Source: Protoeuglena noctilucae (Eukaryota). Taken from it: a stretch of 64,000 nucleotides of DNA. Location of the stretch: assembly GCA_958009085.1 (NCBI GenBank), contig OY253684.1, forward strand, positions 806,001-870,000, written 5' to 3'. Below are positions 30,628 to 44,600 of the stretch, in pieces. The notes under the pieces were generated by a model. The model was not told the DNA's origin and made no database searches. It worked only from the letters and a program-made list of their open reading frames with translations. Made by a program: the position numbers and the translations under genes. Position 1 is the first letter of the stretch. Each line of letters starts with the position of its first letter.

Positions 30628-31219
30628 TCCGTCGCACGAAGAGCGAACCTCGACGCTGCTGCAGGCGTGCGAGGAGGAGAACCGCGACGCAGGTGGAGCT
30701 GGGTTCTGTCTAAGCGCTCGCTCTCGATACCAGTCAGCGATAGGTTAGTATGAGCACGCTGGTTTAAGAACGGAGATTTGACAGGTGATCGGGGTCGACA
30801 GAGCAGACGGCTGTGCCAGGCGGGGACGGGACTGACGCGCGTGTGCCAGCAACCAGCGCTTTAAGATCATTCCTGCCGCCTTCTTTACTGCCTCTGTGTT
30901 GCCTTGCTCTAAGTAGCCTATCGTGGAGTGACCCCACGCGTCCCCCATCGCATCGTCGAGTGGCTGCGCGATCAAGAGTGAATCCGCAGTCTAGGGCTGA
31001 TGGCCGCGGCCTCTCTGGGCCCCTATATGGTCGGCATGGCGCATCCGATGCAAAGAAGCCGGTGTCATGCAGCCGTCACGGCAGGGGCCCATGGGATGCA
31101 CTCTCGGGCCCGCTTCGCTCCCCAGACCGCACACGCTCTGCACGCCCCGCGGGCCGCACGTGAGGCGTGCAACTGCGCTGCGATCGTCTAGTGCGCATCT
31201 TTACTTCCGGTCTTAGCCG

Positions 31220-32977
31220 ATGCTTGCGCTCACGCGTCCCCTCCGCGTCCGCATCGCAGGCGGGAGCCGTCGATGCGTGTTACCCCGCGCCCTAGACCCC
31301 TTCCAGCCCCAGCCAGCGGCCCTGGCGGCGGAAGCGGTCCTCTCTCCGACTACGGATAATATTCCCGCAGCCCCTCAGCCCTGGTTCCCCTACGAGCGCC
31401 ACACGTGGACGTGGCGCGGCTATCGCACGTCGTACTACGTGGCTGGGTGTGGCAGCCCCGTCATTCTGGTGCACGGCTTCGGTGCGAACGCCAAGCACTG
31501 GCGGCGCACGATGCCGGAGCTGGCGCGGCATCACAAAGTGTACGCGATTGACTTGCTAGGGTTTGGTGACTCGGAAAAGCCGGGGGACCGAGGCTTTCAG
31601 TTCACGACGGAGGTGTGGGCAGACCAGGTGTTGGACTTCGCCAAGGAGTTTGTCGGCAGTGCTCCCGTGGTGTTGGTCGGCAATTCAATCGGCTCGCTCA
31701 CGTGCATCATCGCCAACGCACGCGCACAGCAGGTGAGGGGGTGTTGCTTTAGTGGGACGTACGTGGCAGCGCACAGGTGTATGATGTGCCACGAGGGCAC
31801 AAACATATGTATGTGTGTCCGTCACCCTCTGTCATCCTCTTGTCATATCTCCGTTATACTAATGAGAATGCCACTCACCGTTGCCCCTGCCCCTACGTCC
31901 CCAGGCGGGCGTAACGGTGCGTGGCATGGCGCTGCTCAACACGGCGGGTGCGATGAACAACAAGGGTATCGCCGAGGACTGGCGCGTCATCCTCGCGCTC
32001 CCAGTCATCTACCTCATTGATTTCCTCCTCAACCAGCCCAGCATCAGCCGAAACTTATTCGACCGGTTCCGGAGGCGAGAGGCGTGCTTGGCTATTTGTA
32101 ACGTGGCCTGTTGGTGTCTCTCAATGACATTGGGTGTCTCACTGACATGCAACTGCTAACCACTGTTAATCGACACACTGCACACCCCACGCCATGGTGC
32201 ACACCCCACCTCACCACCTCACCCCACCCGACCCCACCTCACCCCACCCCATGACACCTCCCCATCTCACCCCATCCCATCCCACCCCCCAGCCGCGCCA
32301 ACGTGGCCAACGTGCTGCGTCAAGTGTACGTGAACCACGACGCCGTGGACGATGACTTGGTCAATTTGATCGTGCGACCGGCGGAGGACGCGGGGGCACT
32401 GGAGACGTTCGTGTCGATCATCACGGGGCCACCCGGGCCCAGGTGAGAGATGGTGACAATGCATGTGCATGCGGGGGCACTGGAGACTTTGGTATCTCTA
32501 TCATCACATGCTGTGGTACCATCGCATGGCTATGCAACCCTCCTAATGCAGCATTCTTAGACTGACCATCAGATTGCTTGCCAATTTGCATTCGTGCCAG
32601 CAACATACAACATAGCACTGACCATCAGACTGCCCATCCCATGCCGCCCATGCAGGCCGGACAAGCTGGTGCGGGAGGGCCTCGTGACGGGCCCGATGCT
32701 CTTCCTGTGGGGTGACCGTGACCCTTTCACCCCCATGGATGGCCCCATCGGCCGCTACTTCCAGTCGCTCCCATCCACGCGCCCGGACACGACATTCACT
32801 GTTCTTCCGCAAGTGGGTCACTGTCCCCACGACGACAGCCCCGATGCCGTGCACGCGCATCTGCTGCCGTGGCTGCGGCGCGTGTGCGGGAGCGAAAGCG
32901 AGGGGGGCGAGGAGGGCCGGGTGGGCGCGGGGGGGGTCGTGGGGAGCAGAGAGGACGGTGTTCAGTTGAAGCCATGA
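31220..32977 (+). CDS. Alpha/beta-fold hydrolase, plastid (pheophytinase-like family)
   Basis: LVHGFGAN, YAIDLLGFGDSEKP, LVGNSIGSL (nucleophile elbow), LWGDRDP, GHCPHDD. Four exons. Confidence 0.92.
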
Positions 32978-33121
32978 AAGATAACGTCACTGTGAGTAAT
33001 GAACTACTTCGTACTACCAAGCAGCGATCGCCTGCCAGTGAGCAGTGCTACTGAGGAACGATGGCCACACCAACCAAGTAGTACTTATGTACGCTTGTTG
33101 TACCTAACAAACAAAAACACT

Positions 33122-35164
33122 TCACTTGTTGTCCGCCGACCCCCAGTGGTCGTAGAGCGTGCTGCTCGCCCCCTCGTCGAACCCCCTCATCATCGCCCCC
33201 CCTTCCATCACTTTGGTATACCTCGCTCTCCGCCGCGCGTCGTAGTCCCCCCACCCCTCCATCTCTCGCAATTGCTCCAGCGTCACTTCGTTGACATGCA
33301 GGGATAGCAGGTGCAGCGCCGTGCATCGGGAGAGCAGGCCGGGGGGGAGCTGTGGGAATACGTGAGGTGGAGATCTAAACGTGCTTTGGCCTCGGCACGG
33401 CACACCGCCTGCCCTGGCTGACAGGGGTGCCCCTCCATGCCACCCACTCAGCTACACGCACCTCCCAACCCCACTCAGCTACCCGCACCTGCCACCCTCA
33501 CTCCACCCCCCATGCACCTCGCCATCCCCTCACCTGCGACAGTCGGTTGCCGTCCGCCGTCAGCACTTGCAGCTGGGACAAACCAGAAAACGATCCCGGC
33601 AGTGACATCAGCCGATTGCGGTCCAGTCGCAGCTCCTGCAGCCCAGGCAATGCTTCGCCCATCTCCTCCGGCAGCGAACTGAGACGATTGTCGCTTATGT
33701 CTAGGACCTGAACGCAAGGGTGAAGCGTGGAATGAAGTGAATGCATGTGCTTAACTTGTGCTTGTGTCCTTAAAATGACCAAGCATACTGTAACAAGTCT
33801 CATCATGCCCTCACCTCTCATCATCCCCACAACACCAAGCCGCAAAATATGCTGCACACCCCACCCTCCACATCACCTCCAGTTTCGCCATCCCCGCCAG
33901 CGCCTCCATGGTCAGACTCTCAAAGGCATTGTTCCTCAGATTAAGCTTTTTCAAATGTCTCAAACACCCCAGCACCCCGGGCAGGGCTTGCAGGGCATTG
34001 CTGCTCAGATCCAGCACCAATAGACCCACCAGGCGGGTCAGCACATCGGACGGCAATCCTGCGAGCGTGCAGGAAAGTGGATGGGTGTTGCATGGTAAGG
34101 CGTGGGATGTTATGAGCGTGCGTGGTGTGGTGGGGTAGCGAGTCATGCTATAGAGTCAGCAGCCCCACAATGACCCACCAATCACGGTGACACCCACCAC
34201 AGCCACCTCGCATCGACACTCACCGTCTGCAGTGATGCGGTTGCTTGCCAGTGACAGCCGCGTCAGGGACGGCAGCTCTGGAAGGGTCGCAGGCAGGGCG
34301 GTGAGGGCGTTGTTACTTAGGTCCAATGCCCGCAGTCGGGTGCCGGTGGGCAGATTGGCGATGGCCTGCTCGGGCACAGATGTCAAAGCGAGGCCGGACA
34401 AACTCGCCACTCCGCTGTGGGTGCGGTTGAGGTGGGACGTCGACACGTATCATTGGAAATATAGCACACTGTTGCAAATGACACATCGAGTGTGGCTCAT
34501 TGGATGAGAGGGATGGCCTTGAGAGGCCCAAGGGTGTGGCACACCGCTCGGCCCATCACACACGCCCACCATCTGCGACAACATCAACTGCATGCGAAAA
34601 GCGTCACCTGGCTGCCCAATTCCTCCCTCGCTCCTCCCATGTGCCGATGGACTGCCCGCCCTTCTCTTTTGCCCCTCTCACAGCGTCCATGCCCGGTGCA
34701 GCGGCCGGGCAACGAAGTACTGTAGTCGATGGCTTGCTGCTCGTCGCGGCCGCCGCCCCGCGAGTTTGTACCTCTCCCGACGTCGCAATCAACATGACCT
34801 TGCTGCCATCGACCAACCCAGCGGCCGCCAAGCTGTCGCCTGCTGCGAGCACCTGCGGTGAATGCAGCGCGCATGCGTTGAGCGAAGTCGCTGCGCATTT
34901 TCCGGCAATCTACGTTTGCGCATGTTACCGCCGCATCGGTCCGCATGTTACCGCCGCATCGGTCCGCGCGACGTATGGCGCGCGCGTCGCTGCGCTGCGA
35001 GCTGCACGAAAGCTGCGCCTCGCCTTCCCCTTGTGGACGAGCTTCTGCTGTCGAGCCAGGACCCCCGTCGGCCCAACGAGCGCCGCTTGCAGGTCTTTCG
35101 TCGCGGCATCGGGCGGAACCTCCACTTCATGCGCCTGGCCCTGGAACGAGACGAGCAGACGCAT
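33122..35164 (-). CDS. Ubiquitin-like domain + leucine-rich repeat protein
   Basis: N-terminal UBL (MRLLVSFQGQAHEVEV..TGVLARQQKLVHKGK|VL..LAAAGLVDGSKVMLIA), LRRs (LRALDLSNNALTALP, LDLSSNALQALP, LDISDNRLSSLP) and a plant-family C-terminus WGDYDARRRARYTK..FDEGA. Confidence 0.88.
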
Positions 35165-35602
35165 CCCAGCGCTTTGACGAAGTACCGGAGACTGTACGCG
35201 ATCTCATAAAGCAGCGAGACCACCTAGCGCTTGCGCTCATGCACATACTCGCAGCGGCCGGGCAAACGTTTGCCCGGTGTGTTCCGGCGCCGGAGCCACG
35301 CGAGTCGAGACCGCTCGCGGTGGCCCTGCGCCGCGATAACGCCTCGGAGCGATCGCGTGTGTGTCCAATCCGCGCACGACTACCGCCATCTCGCGCCCGT
35401 GTCTGCCTAACTGTGACGGGGCTTTGGCTGCCCTCTCTCCGCGGGAGGGAAGCGGCGGAGCTCGCCTCGCGCATCCGATCTGGTGCTTTTGCTTGCCTGT
35501 TATCGCTAGCAGCGCAGAAGGGAGCGCTGCGTCCGGCCTGGGGCCAGGGGCCGGGCCCCTGGTGGACCGTTGGGCCCGCGCCCTGCAGGACCGCGCGGGG
35601 AG

Positions 35603-38600
35603 ATGGAGGGGCTGGAGAAGCATGTTGACGGGGCCCTCATAAGGGACCTCGTCGGCAGGTGAGCTGTCCGGAAGGCGCCGGGGCCGAAGCGGCCGCGGGA
35701 CACAAGGGGAGGGGTCTTTGCGCCAAATCGCGGCCACGCGAGATCCCGGAACGCGGTGTGGGTTTGACCATGCGCTGCGATATACGATGTAGTCGCGGAT
35801 GCCGCGCGCTTTGGAGCGCTCGCCGCTTCCCCTCGGTCCCGAGCGCCCCGCCGGTCAGGGGCGCGCTCGCCCGCCCTCCCCGCGCCTCCGCCGATCGCGC
35901 GCGCGTCCGCTCCTCTCCCCGCAGATTTGTGGTCACGAAGCACTCCTGGAAGGGCCGTTACCAGCGCATCTTCTGCGTCTCGACGTCGCGATGCGTCACG
36001 CTGCATCCCCAGACGCTCGCGGTCACCAACGCCTGGAGCATCGTCAACGATCCCGACGTTTCCGCGATATCGATCGGCGCAGGGGACGCCTCCGCGCAGG
36101 ACTTCACCCTCACGTGCCGCAACGACAAGAAGTCCAAGGCGAGTTGGTGGAGACACGTTGTGGCAGCGATGCGCAGATTGCTCCTGTCGCGAGCTGTTAC
36201 GTAGCTGCGCTTCGTATGACACAACTACAGCATCTCCGCGCATCGCCGCGGCCCCATCCGTCGCATGTTATGATGCGCCCACCACCCTCGCACCTGCACA
36301 CAACCCACAGCTGACTTACATGGTCACATCAATCACAGCAATCTCACCGACTCATTCTCGCAGTTCAAGCCGACGAAGTTCTCGTGCGCATCCCGCGCGC
36401 ACCTCCTCGCCTCCCTGTACCAGGCGCTCGCCTTCGCCTCTCTCCAGGGCCCGTGCCCCCTGGCCAGCTCGGTGCTGGGCCAGCCCCGCGAGTGGCCCGG
36501 ATTCAAATATCGTGCTTCCAAGGGGACCTGGGAGCCATGCGTGCTGCGCGTGGCGGCCACGGGGATCGAACGGATGGACGCAAAGGCGAGGGTTGCGTGG
36601 TGTATGGGGGGGGGGGGGATGAAGGGGGGTGCGGGTGGGGGTTTGAGTGTGGATTGTTGACTTGCTGACAAATACTATTTGTTTGTTCTCCTAGACCCAC
36701 TCGCTGAGACGCCACGCCACCTCCCCGTCTCTCATTTGCGCATCGCTCACCTCTCCTTACACCCCACCTCACCCCACACAACCCCTCCCCTCTCTCTTCC
36801 CCCCCCAGACCCGTCTCATCAAATGGCGCGCCCCCTTCCTTCTCCTCGGCTCCCCCGGCGTCCAGGCACTCTCGGGGCCACCCCAGGCGCCCCAGGGCAT
36901 CCTGGCAGTCACCACGATCGATGGGGCGCGGCCCAAGGTGTACGCAGTGGCACAGAGATCCGAGGCGAGTCTTTTGTGTATGGTTGTATCTGTATGTTTG
37001 TTGATTATGGATGGTAGTACTGGTAGTTATAATGGTGTACGTGACAGCATGGAGATCCGAGGCGAGTGGCTGTGGCTGGGTGATTGTCTGGGCTTACGCC
37101 ACCACCACCCCACACCCCCCCCCCCCCCACCACCACCACCACCCCACCACCCCAACCCACACCCACACCCCCCCCCCCCCCCCCCTTCCCCCCCAGCTCA
37201 TCCGTCGCGTGCAAGAGGAGATGCAGGGCCGGCTGGGCATGGTCAGCGTGGTGGGGATGCAAGAAACGCATTCGTTGGAATCCGTATTGGATGCGTTTGC
37301 GCAAACGGAGAAAGCGCTGTCCATGTCGAGTGGGGACGTGCCATTGGGGCAGTGGGTGGTGCAGAAGAGGAGAGGGGGTGGAGGTGAGGGGAGGGTGGGT
37401 GGGTGGTGGTGGTGGTGGGGAGTGGAGGTGAGGGGTGGTGTGGGAGGCTGATGCGCTTACTGCCACTGCTATCGCTACCCCCACTGCCACCCCCACCCCA
37501 CCTCCGCAGTCACCCCCACACCCACCCCCCAAGCCACCCCCACCACCCGCCTCCGCCCCCTTCGCCTCGTCCTCACCGCCACCTCTCTGATCGAAAAGCG
37601 CGACGACACCTTCGCCACCGTCGCCCGGCGCCCCCTGCGTGGCGTAGCGCGGCTGGTGCGGTCTGCCGTCGACCCCCACTGTTTCGGCATTGAGTGGACC
37701 ACGGGGGAGGACGCCAGTGTCTACCTGTCGCACTGCGCGGAGGACATCGTGGCGGCCACGCTCGATGCCGGTGAGTGGGGGGGGGAATGGGGGGTGCGAG
37801 GTGTGATGTGGTGGGGTGGGGTGGGGTGACTGCTATGCTCGACGCGGGTGAGTTGAGGGGGGGGGAAGATGTGATGGGGTGGGGTGGTAGGTTGTGATGT
37901 GGTCTGATGGGGTTGCGATGTGGTGGGGTGTGTTGAGAGAGCATGCCGTGGCTGCACGAGTCATACTAACAGTCGCATCAACGCCCTCTACGTCACCCTC
38001 CTCCTAGGCACAATGCACACTTCCGCAACACACACAACTCTCTCCCCACCCACCCACCCCCGTTCGCAGCCCAACACATACCCTACCCCCCACACCCCCA
38101 CACCCACACATCAAACACACATCACCTCTCCCCACCCACCCACCTCTCTCCCCGCAGCCCAACACCCACCCTACCCTCCCCGCGACACACACCAACCCTC
38201 CCCCCACCCACCCCCAATCGCAGCCCAACACCCACCCTACCCCCACACTCGCACATCAACTCTCCCCCTCAACACACATCACCTCTCCCCCCCCACGTCC
38301 TCCTCTCCGCAGCCCAGGCCACCCCGGGCCGCGCCATCCCCGTTCTGACAGACCTGACTCCGGCGGGCGCCAGTCTGACGGCGTCGGGGGGCGCGCAGGG
38401 GTGGGCGCCGGATGCCGAGGTGGAGGTGCTGTGTCTGGAGCATCTATCGCAAGCAGCGGGGGAGATGGCGGCGCTGGGGTTCCCGGGGGCGATGGGGGGG
38501 GGCGGCGGTGGGGGGCGGCAGGGGGGGCAGGTGAGGGGTGTTGGGGGAGGGGGGGGGGTTGGCAAAAAGGGGGGCAGGTGAGGGGTGGGTGGGGTGCGTG

Positions 38601-41600
38601 TGGGGGTGGCACGGCATGGCATCGCGTGTGGGGGTATATGTTAAGATGAGATTCAAAACGCGCAGGGTGCTTTGAAGCGTTCCCGCCCATTCCGCCCATC
38701 CACGCTCCCGCCCTCCCGCCTGCCCTGCGCAGTCCAGGCCGTCAATGCACGCTCTCTTGCATGCACTTGTATCAGTACTGGTATACTACACATGACAGAT
38801 ACTGCATACTATTATTTACATACCATAACTTCTCATAATCGTCCTTCCCCCCCAGCCCGACCCCGACACCTTCGCCCTTCACCGCCGTGTGTGCGAGTTC
38901 AACGCATCCGTCCCTTATGGGGGAGTGGGTCCCGGCGCTAAAGTGGACGACAACGTGGTCATTGCGTTGCTAGCACAGCTGCCCACGCAGGGGAGGCTCA
39001 ACGGTGAGGGGGTATAATGAGGCTGACTTGTGGGGGTGGGAGGGGGTGGGAGGGCAGGGTGAACGTGTGGTAAGCGTGAGTGGGCCATGGTAGGTCAGGC
39101 GGAACGGTGAGGGAGTAAGCGGGGGGTTTGCTAAGCGGGGGGTTTGCTCGGTCCAACTCGCTGTGCAACTCGCAAACGTTTGAGACCCCCCAGCCCCCGG
39201 CAGCGCATCAAAGGCACCCCATCCCGTCACATCCTTCCTCATCCCCCATCTCACTCAATGGCCGATGAACCGTCCTCATGTCTTTCCCCCATTCCCCATA
39301 TCTCCCCCGCAGCCCCCGGCAGTGCCAGCGAGACCCCCCCCCTCCGCACCTCCGCCCCCGCGGATCAGCCCCCCGCGGACGCCGCGTCCGGTCCCGGATC
39401 GAATCTCGACGATTTCAGGGAAAAGGAAAAGGACCGGGACGGGGAGCGGGAGGGGGGTGACAGGGGAGGGGACGGGGGCGTGAGTGTCGGTTTCAAATCC
39501 CAGGATGCCGCGTCTGCATCGCAGCCATCGAAGCACGATTCCCCCCTGCTGTCAAAGCACGAATCTTCGAACTGCGTGGCGGTGCTGCAGTGCCTGACCC
39601 GCCTCAGCAGCAGCACCCACGTGGCGCAGGGGCTGGCCACCTCGCAGGTGAGAGTGTTGGGGTGTGGGATTTGAATGTGAATGCGGATTTGAATGTGGGG
39701 GTGAGTGAAGAATTAGGGTGGCATTGTGCAGGGCCGGCTGTGTCGCAGTTAAGACCGTCACTGAAGCTCACCCACTCGCACTCACCCACTCACCCACCCA
39801 CCCAGTAACACGCTCATGCCACCCCCTCCCCCTCGCCTCCCCCACGTCTCTCCATCCCTCACCTCTCCCCTCCTCTCATCTCCCCCACCTCCCCCATCCT
39901 CTCCCACACTCCCCAGGTCTTTGCTTCCCGCGTGATGGGGCTGGTCACGTGTTCGAACCCCGCCGTCGCCGCCGAGGCCCTGCGCCTTTTGCTGAGGCTC
40001 TTCGCGCCGCAGACGGCCAGGACGGGGGCCGTGCCATGGGCGCTGAAGGAACACATCGCGGGGGTGAGGGGGTGTGGGTGTATGGGTGTGGGTGTGTGGG
40101 TGTCGGTGTGTGGGTGTGGGTGTGGGTGTGTGGGTGTGGGTGTGGGTTTGGGTGTGGGTGTGTGTGTTGACTGGGCGTGAGCAATGGATTGGGCGCTCAA
40201 GGAGCACATCGCGGGGGTGAGGGGGTGTGTGGGGTGTATGTATGAGTGTAGGAGTGGGAGGGAGGGGGTTGTGTTGACTGGCAACGAGCGGCGGTGGTGT
40301 AAGGTCTGCGAGGCGTAATTCATGTCAATCCCATACCATTCCTTCCTCCACCACTCACCCCCACTCACCTTACCCCTTCAGGCCCCCTCCCTCACTGCCC
40401 GCCGCCCCGTGGCAGTTGAGGACGCCCAGCTGGCACGCACATCCAAGTCGAGCCTCCTCAGCCCCGCATCCTCGCGCATTCCCGTGCTGTTGCGGGCCCT
40501 GCGACAGGGGCCGGGGGTGGGGGGCGGCAGTGCGGGTGGCAGTGCGGGTGGCGGTGCGGGGGGCAGTGCGGGGGGTGCGGGTGCAAGCGCCAATGCAAGC
40601 TCGGGTAGGGATGAGGGGAAGGGTGCGGGTGCGACGGGGCAGGATCAGTTTCAAATTCAAATGCGGGAGGCACCGCTTCTGTCGATGGCGGCGGTGGAGT
40701 GCATGGCGGCGGTGGTGTGCCCGCCAGGCGAGTGCGCGTGTGACGGGGGGGTGGTTGGGGCTGGGTGGTTATTACTTGGATTTGTGATTGCTGATAGAGA
40801 GTGCGAGCTCCGTCTCACTTCTACTCCCACTCACGCAACCCACCGACTCCCTCACCCACTCACATCATCACTCTCACTCTCACTCACTCACCCCCACCCC
40901 CATTCACTTACAGGCAGCTCCACCACCCCTTCATCTCTCCTCACCGACTCCCTCGCCCACTCACACCATCACTCTCACTCTCACTGTCACTCACATCATC
41001 ACTCTCACATCACTCACCCCCATTCACTCACCCCCATTCATCCCCACTCACTCACAGGCAGCTCCACCACCCCTCCACCTCTCCTCACCGACTCCCTCAC
41101 TCACGTAGCGTCCCTCGGCCGCCCCCTCTTCGCCCTCTTCGCCCACCCAGCTGCGAGGGTGGCGCAGGGGGCAGCACTGCTGATGCGCAGTGTGGCGGAG
41201 GTGGGGGCGGCGGCGGCAGATCCGATGAGAGAGGCGGCGTTGAGGGAGGGGGCCTTCCTGGCGCACCTGCTGACGGCGGGTGAGGCTGGGGTGGGGTTGG
41301 GGTTGGTGGGGGTGGGTGGGGGTGTGGGTAGCAGTGGGGGTGCGGGTAGCAGTGTGGGTGTGGTTGACGGCAGCAATGCACCAAGTACCTCACACCTGCT
41401 ATCCCCCACATCACTAGCACTGTCATCACCCCCTCTCATCAGTAGTACTGCCATTGTTATGACCCACTCACATCCCCCCCTCCCATCCCCCCCTCTCGTC
41501 CCCCACATCACTATCACTATAACCCCTTATCATTATCACTAATATCACCCCCTCTCACCCCCCCACTCTCAGTGCAAGGCCCCCCCGATGCGCGCCTCCT

Positions 41601-44600
41601 GAGCCGTGAGCTCGTGTCCCTGTGGGCAGACGACTACCTCCCAGCGCTCGCGTTGATGAAACGCATATTCCCACCGGGGCTGGTGCGAATGCTCACGCCC
41701 GCATCCGCCAAGCGCGGCAAGGGGATGGGGGTGGCGGTGGGGGTGGGGGCGGGGGGTGCGGGTGCAGGTGCAGGGAGTGGTGGCGTGGGAGGTGTGTCTG
41801 GGCTGGCGAGGGTAAGCACCAGTGCGCCCACGCAGCCGCAGATGTCGCGGGGGGTGGGTGTGGCAGAGGGGGTGGCGGGGAGTGCGATGGGGGGTGCGAC
41901 TGTACAAGCGGTGGGGGGGCCGTTGTTGCAGCCGGGTGGCATTGCTGGGGAGGGGGCGGCTGCTGCGGGTGCCGGGGCGAACGGCGCGGCTGCGGGGGTG
42001 GAGGGCGGCGCGCAAGTCGCAGCGCAACAGCAACAGCCACAGCCACAGTCGCAATTGCAGCCGCACACCATCCCACCCCCGCCGTCACTGTCGCTGCCGA
42101 CGGCCCCGGTGCAGGCGGGCGTGTCGCGTCTCTCCCCCCTCATGCGCACCGTTCGCGGGATGCAGCTCCCGCGATCACTGGACGCCTCCCCCCAGGTTTC
42201 GGGATCGATCCCCGCCGGCGCCCCTTTATCCCCCCGCGCCCCCTCGCGCGGCCCGGGGAGCTTCAGCGGCGGCGCGGCGCTGGAAAGCGAAGATTCAAAT
42301 ATCGTGGACGTGTTTGGGGATCTTTTGACGTGCGACTGGCGCGCGTTCTGGCATGCGGTGGATGGGGAGCATGCGGGTGCGGCGCTGGTGTGGGGGCAGC
42401 GGTGTCGCGGGGAGCTGGGACAGGCATTGGAGGCGGAGATGGCGGGGCTGAGGAGGGCGAGGGAGAGGGTGGCGCAGGTGGGTTGAGGTGGGGGGTGTTG
42501 ATGGTAGTGGGGGATGCAAGGGTGTGTTGGGTTGTGTGGGTGAGGGAGAGGGTGGCGCAGGTGAGGGGGTTGCGGTGGGGGTGGTTGTGGTAGTCGGGAG
42601 TGTGGGGTGGGTGTGGGGTTATGGTGGGTGTGAGAGGGAGGGTGGTGCAGATGGTTGTCGTGGGTTGTTGTAAAGTGGGGTGGGTGTCGTCAAACTGCTG
42701 CAGTGCTGCGCTTACTACATGCCAAGCGTCGCTGACCCAGCCCCTCATTCAACAACCACTTCTCTTTTTCAAATTCCCATCCTGCTCTTTCAAATCCCCC
42801 CCCCCCCCCCTCTCTTGCAGGGCTCCGGCTCCTGGCCCGCCTGGAACCACGAGGAGTTCTCGGTGCATTACCCCTCCCTGGCGCAAGAAACGTGCATCGG
42901 GGGCGTTTATGCCAAGTACCTGATCGACCCCCACCCGGACGCGGCACAGCACGTTATGGATATGGGGCAGCCCAAGGACTTCTTCCATGCTTGCTTCCAC
43001 CGATTCCTCACCGCGGACCTCGCGGGCAGCGGCGATCGGGCGATGGCAATGGCCGACGGCGGTGGTATGAGCAGGGGTGGCGGTGCAGGTGCGGGTGCGG
43101 ATGCGGGTGGCACTGTGGGTGTTACTACGGGCATTGACGGGCAGTCGCATTCGCATTCGCATTTCGCAAGCGAGTCGGCAACAGCAGCGGACGCCGAGCG
43201 CGTGCTGTGCCTGCGGTGCATGGCGGCCGTGTACCGCCAGTGGGCCTCCGATATTGGCGCATTCGAGGGCACGGCTCATATGGTGCGAGTCGCCGATACC
43301 GCCACCACCCGCGCGCTCCGCCACGCCGCTTTGGAGTTGATTGAGGCGCTCACCATGCCAAGAGGGTCGCGAGCACTGACGGGTGCAATGGCGGCGCTGG
43401 GGGTGGGAGCGCACGCCCCCCCGCCCCCCGCACACGCGGGAGAGGGGGATCGAACCTGCGACGCGCCCGCGTGGATGCTCGCGCAGGCAGCCGGGGCCGT
43501 GGCTGTGACGGGGGCAGCTGCCGAGCGTGCCAGCCGTGCATCGGCTGCCAACTGCGCGGCTGTGATGGATGCGGGGGGTGTGGCGGTGCTGGTGGGCGCG
43601 GCCTGCATGGCGCATGGGATGCGGGAGCAGGGGGGGCAGGGCGCGGCGGGGGCGGGGGTGGGCATGCTGGCCGATGCGGCGTTTGTGGAGCCGCCTCGGT
43701 TGTGGCACGTGAGGGTGGGGGCGAGGGTGGCGGAGGAGGCGAGGCGGCGGCTGGGGCTGCGGGCGGTGGGTGGGGGTGGGAGTGGGGAGGACGAGGGTGG
43801 GGAGCTGAACACTGCGGGAGGGGGTGCGGGTGCGAGTGGCAGCGTGGATGGTGGCAAGGCGTCTACAAGTGCTGCTGCCCCCCCCGCATCCCAGCCCGCG
43901 ACCTCAGATAGCAAATCCCAACAAGGCGATGGGCTGGTGGAGGTGGGCCCGTTGCTGCGCGAGGAGTTGCTTCAGTTGGCGCAATGGGGATTGGTGAACT
44001 ACAACACGTGGGTGTGGGCGAGGGACATGCCTTCCCCGAGTGTGTTTGGGGATGTGCGGGAGCTGCGGTGGGCGGCGGCGGTGGGGGGTGGGTCGCTGGG
44101 GGCGGCGGGGGAGGCGATGCTGGCGATGCGGGTGCTGACGGGGATGGCCACCATGCACAGGCGAGGGGGGGGGGGGGGGGGGGGGGGGGTGATGATAATA
44201 ATCATGATATCGTGAGTTGCGAGGGTGTTGCTGCCGCATGGTTGGCGTTGCGGGTGCTCATATTTATCATCGCTCACAACGTCACTCATATCTCTGTCAC
44301 CATTTCTCTCACATACCACCCTTCTCTCATACACCATCACTCCTACATAACATAACACACCAGCACAACTCTCTCCCCACCCCCCCAGGGCCGTCGACGC
44401 GGATGGCTCCGCGCTCCACCCCCTCTCACTCACACAGCCACTCACCTATACATCGCCATCTCACTCACTCACTCACTCACTCACTCACATATCCCCCTCT
44501 CTTCCCCCTCCAGGGCCGTGGATGCGGATGGCTCCGTGCTGCACCCACTCCCCCGCGCCCACCGCCTTTTGACCTCCCCCACCGCACTGCCCCACATATG

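Noticed and set aside
34919..34966. 23-nt perfect tandem duplication (CGCATGTTACCGCCGCATCGGTC) in the first UBL-LRR intron
   Set aside because: Ordinary slippage duplication that does not include a splice junction, so it was not counted as an echo.
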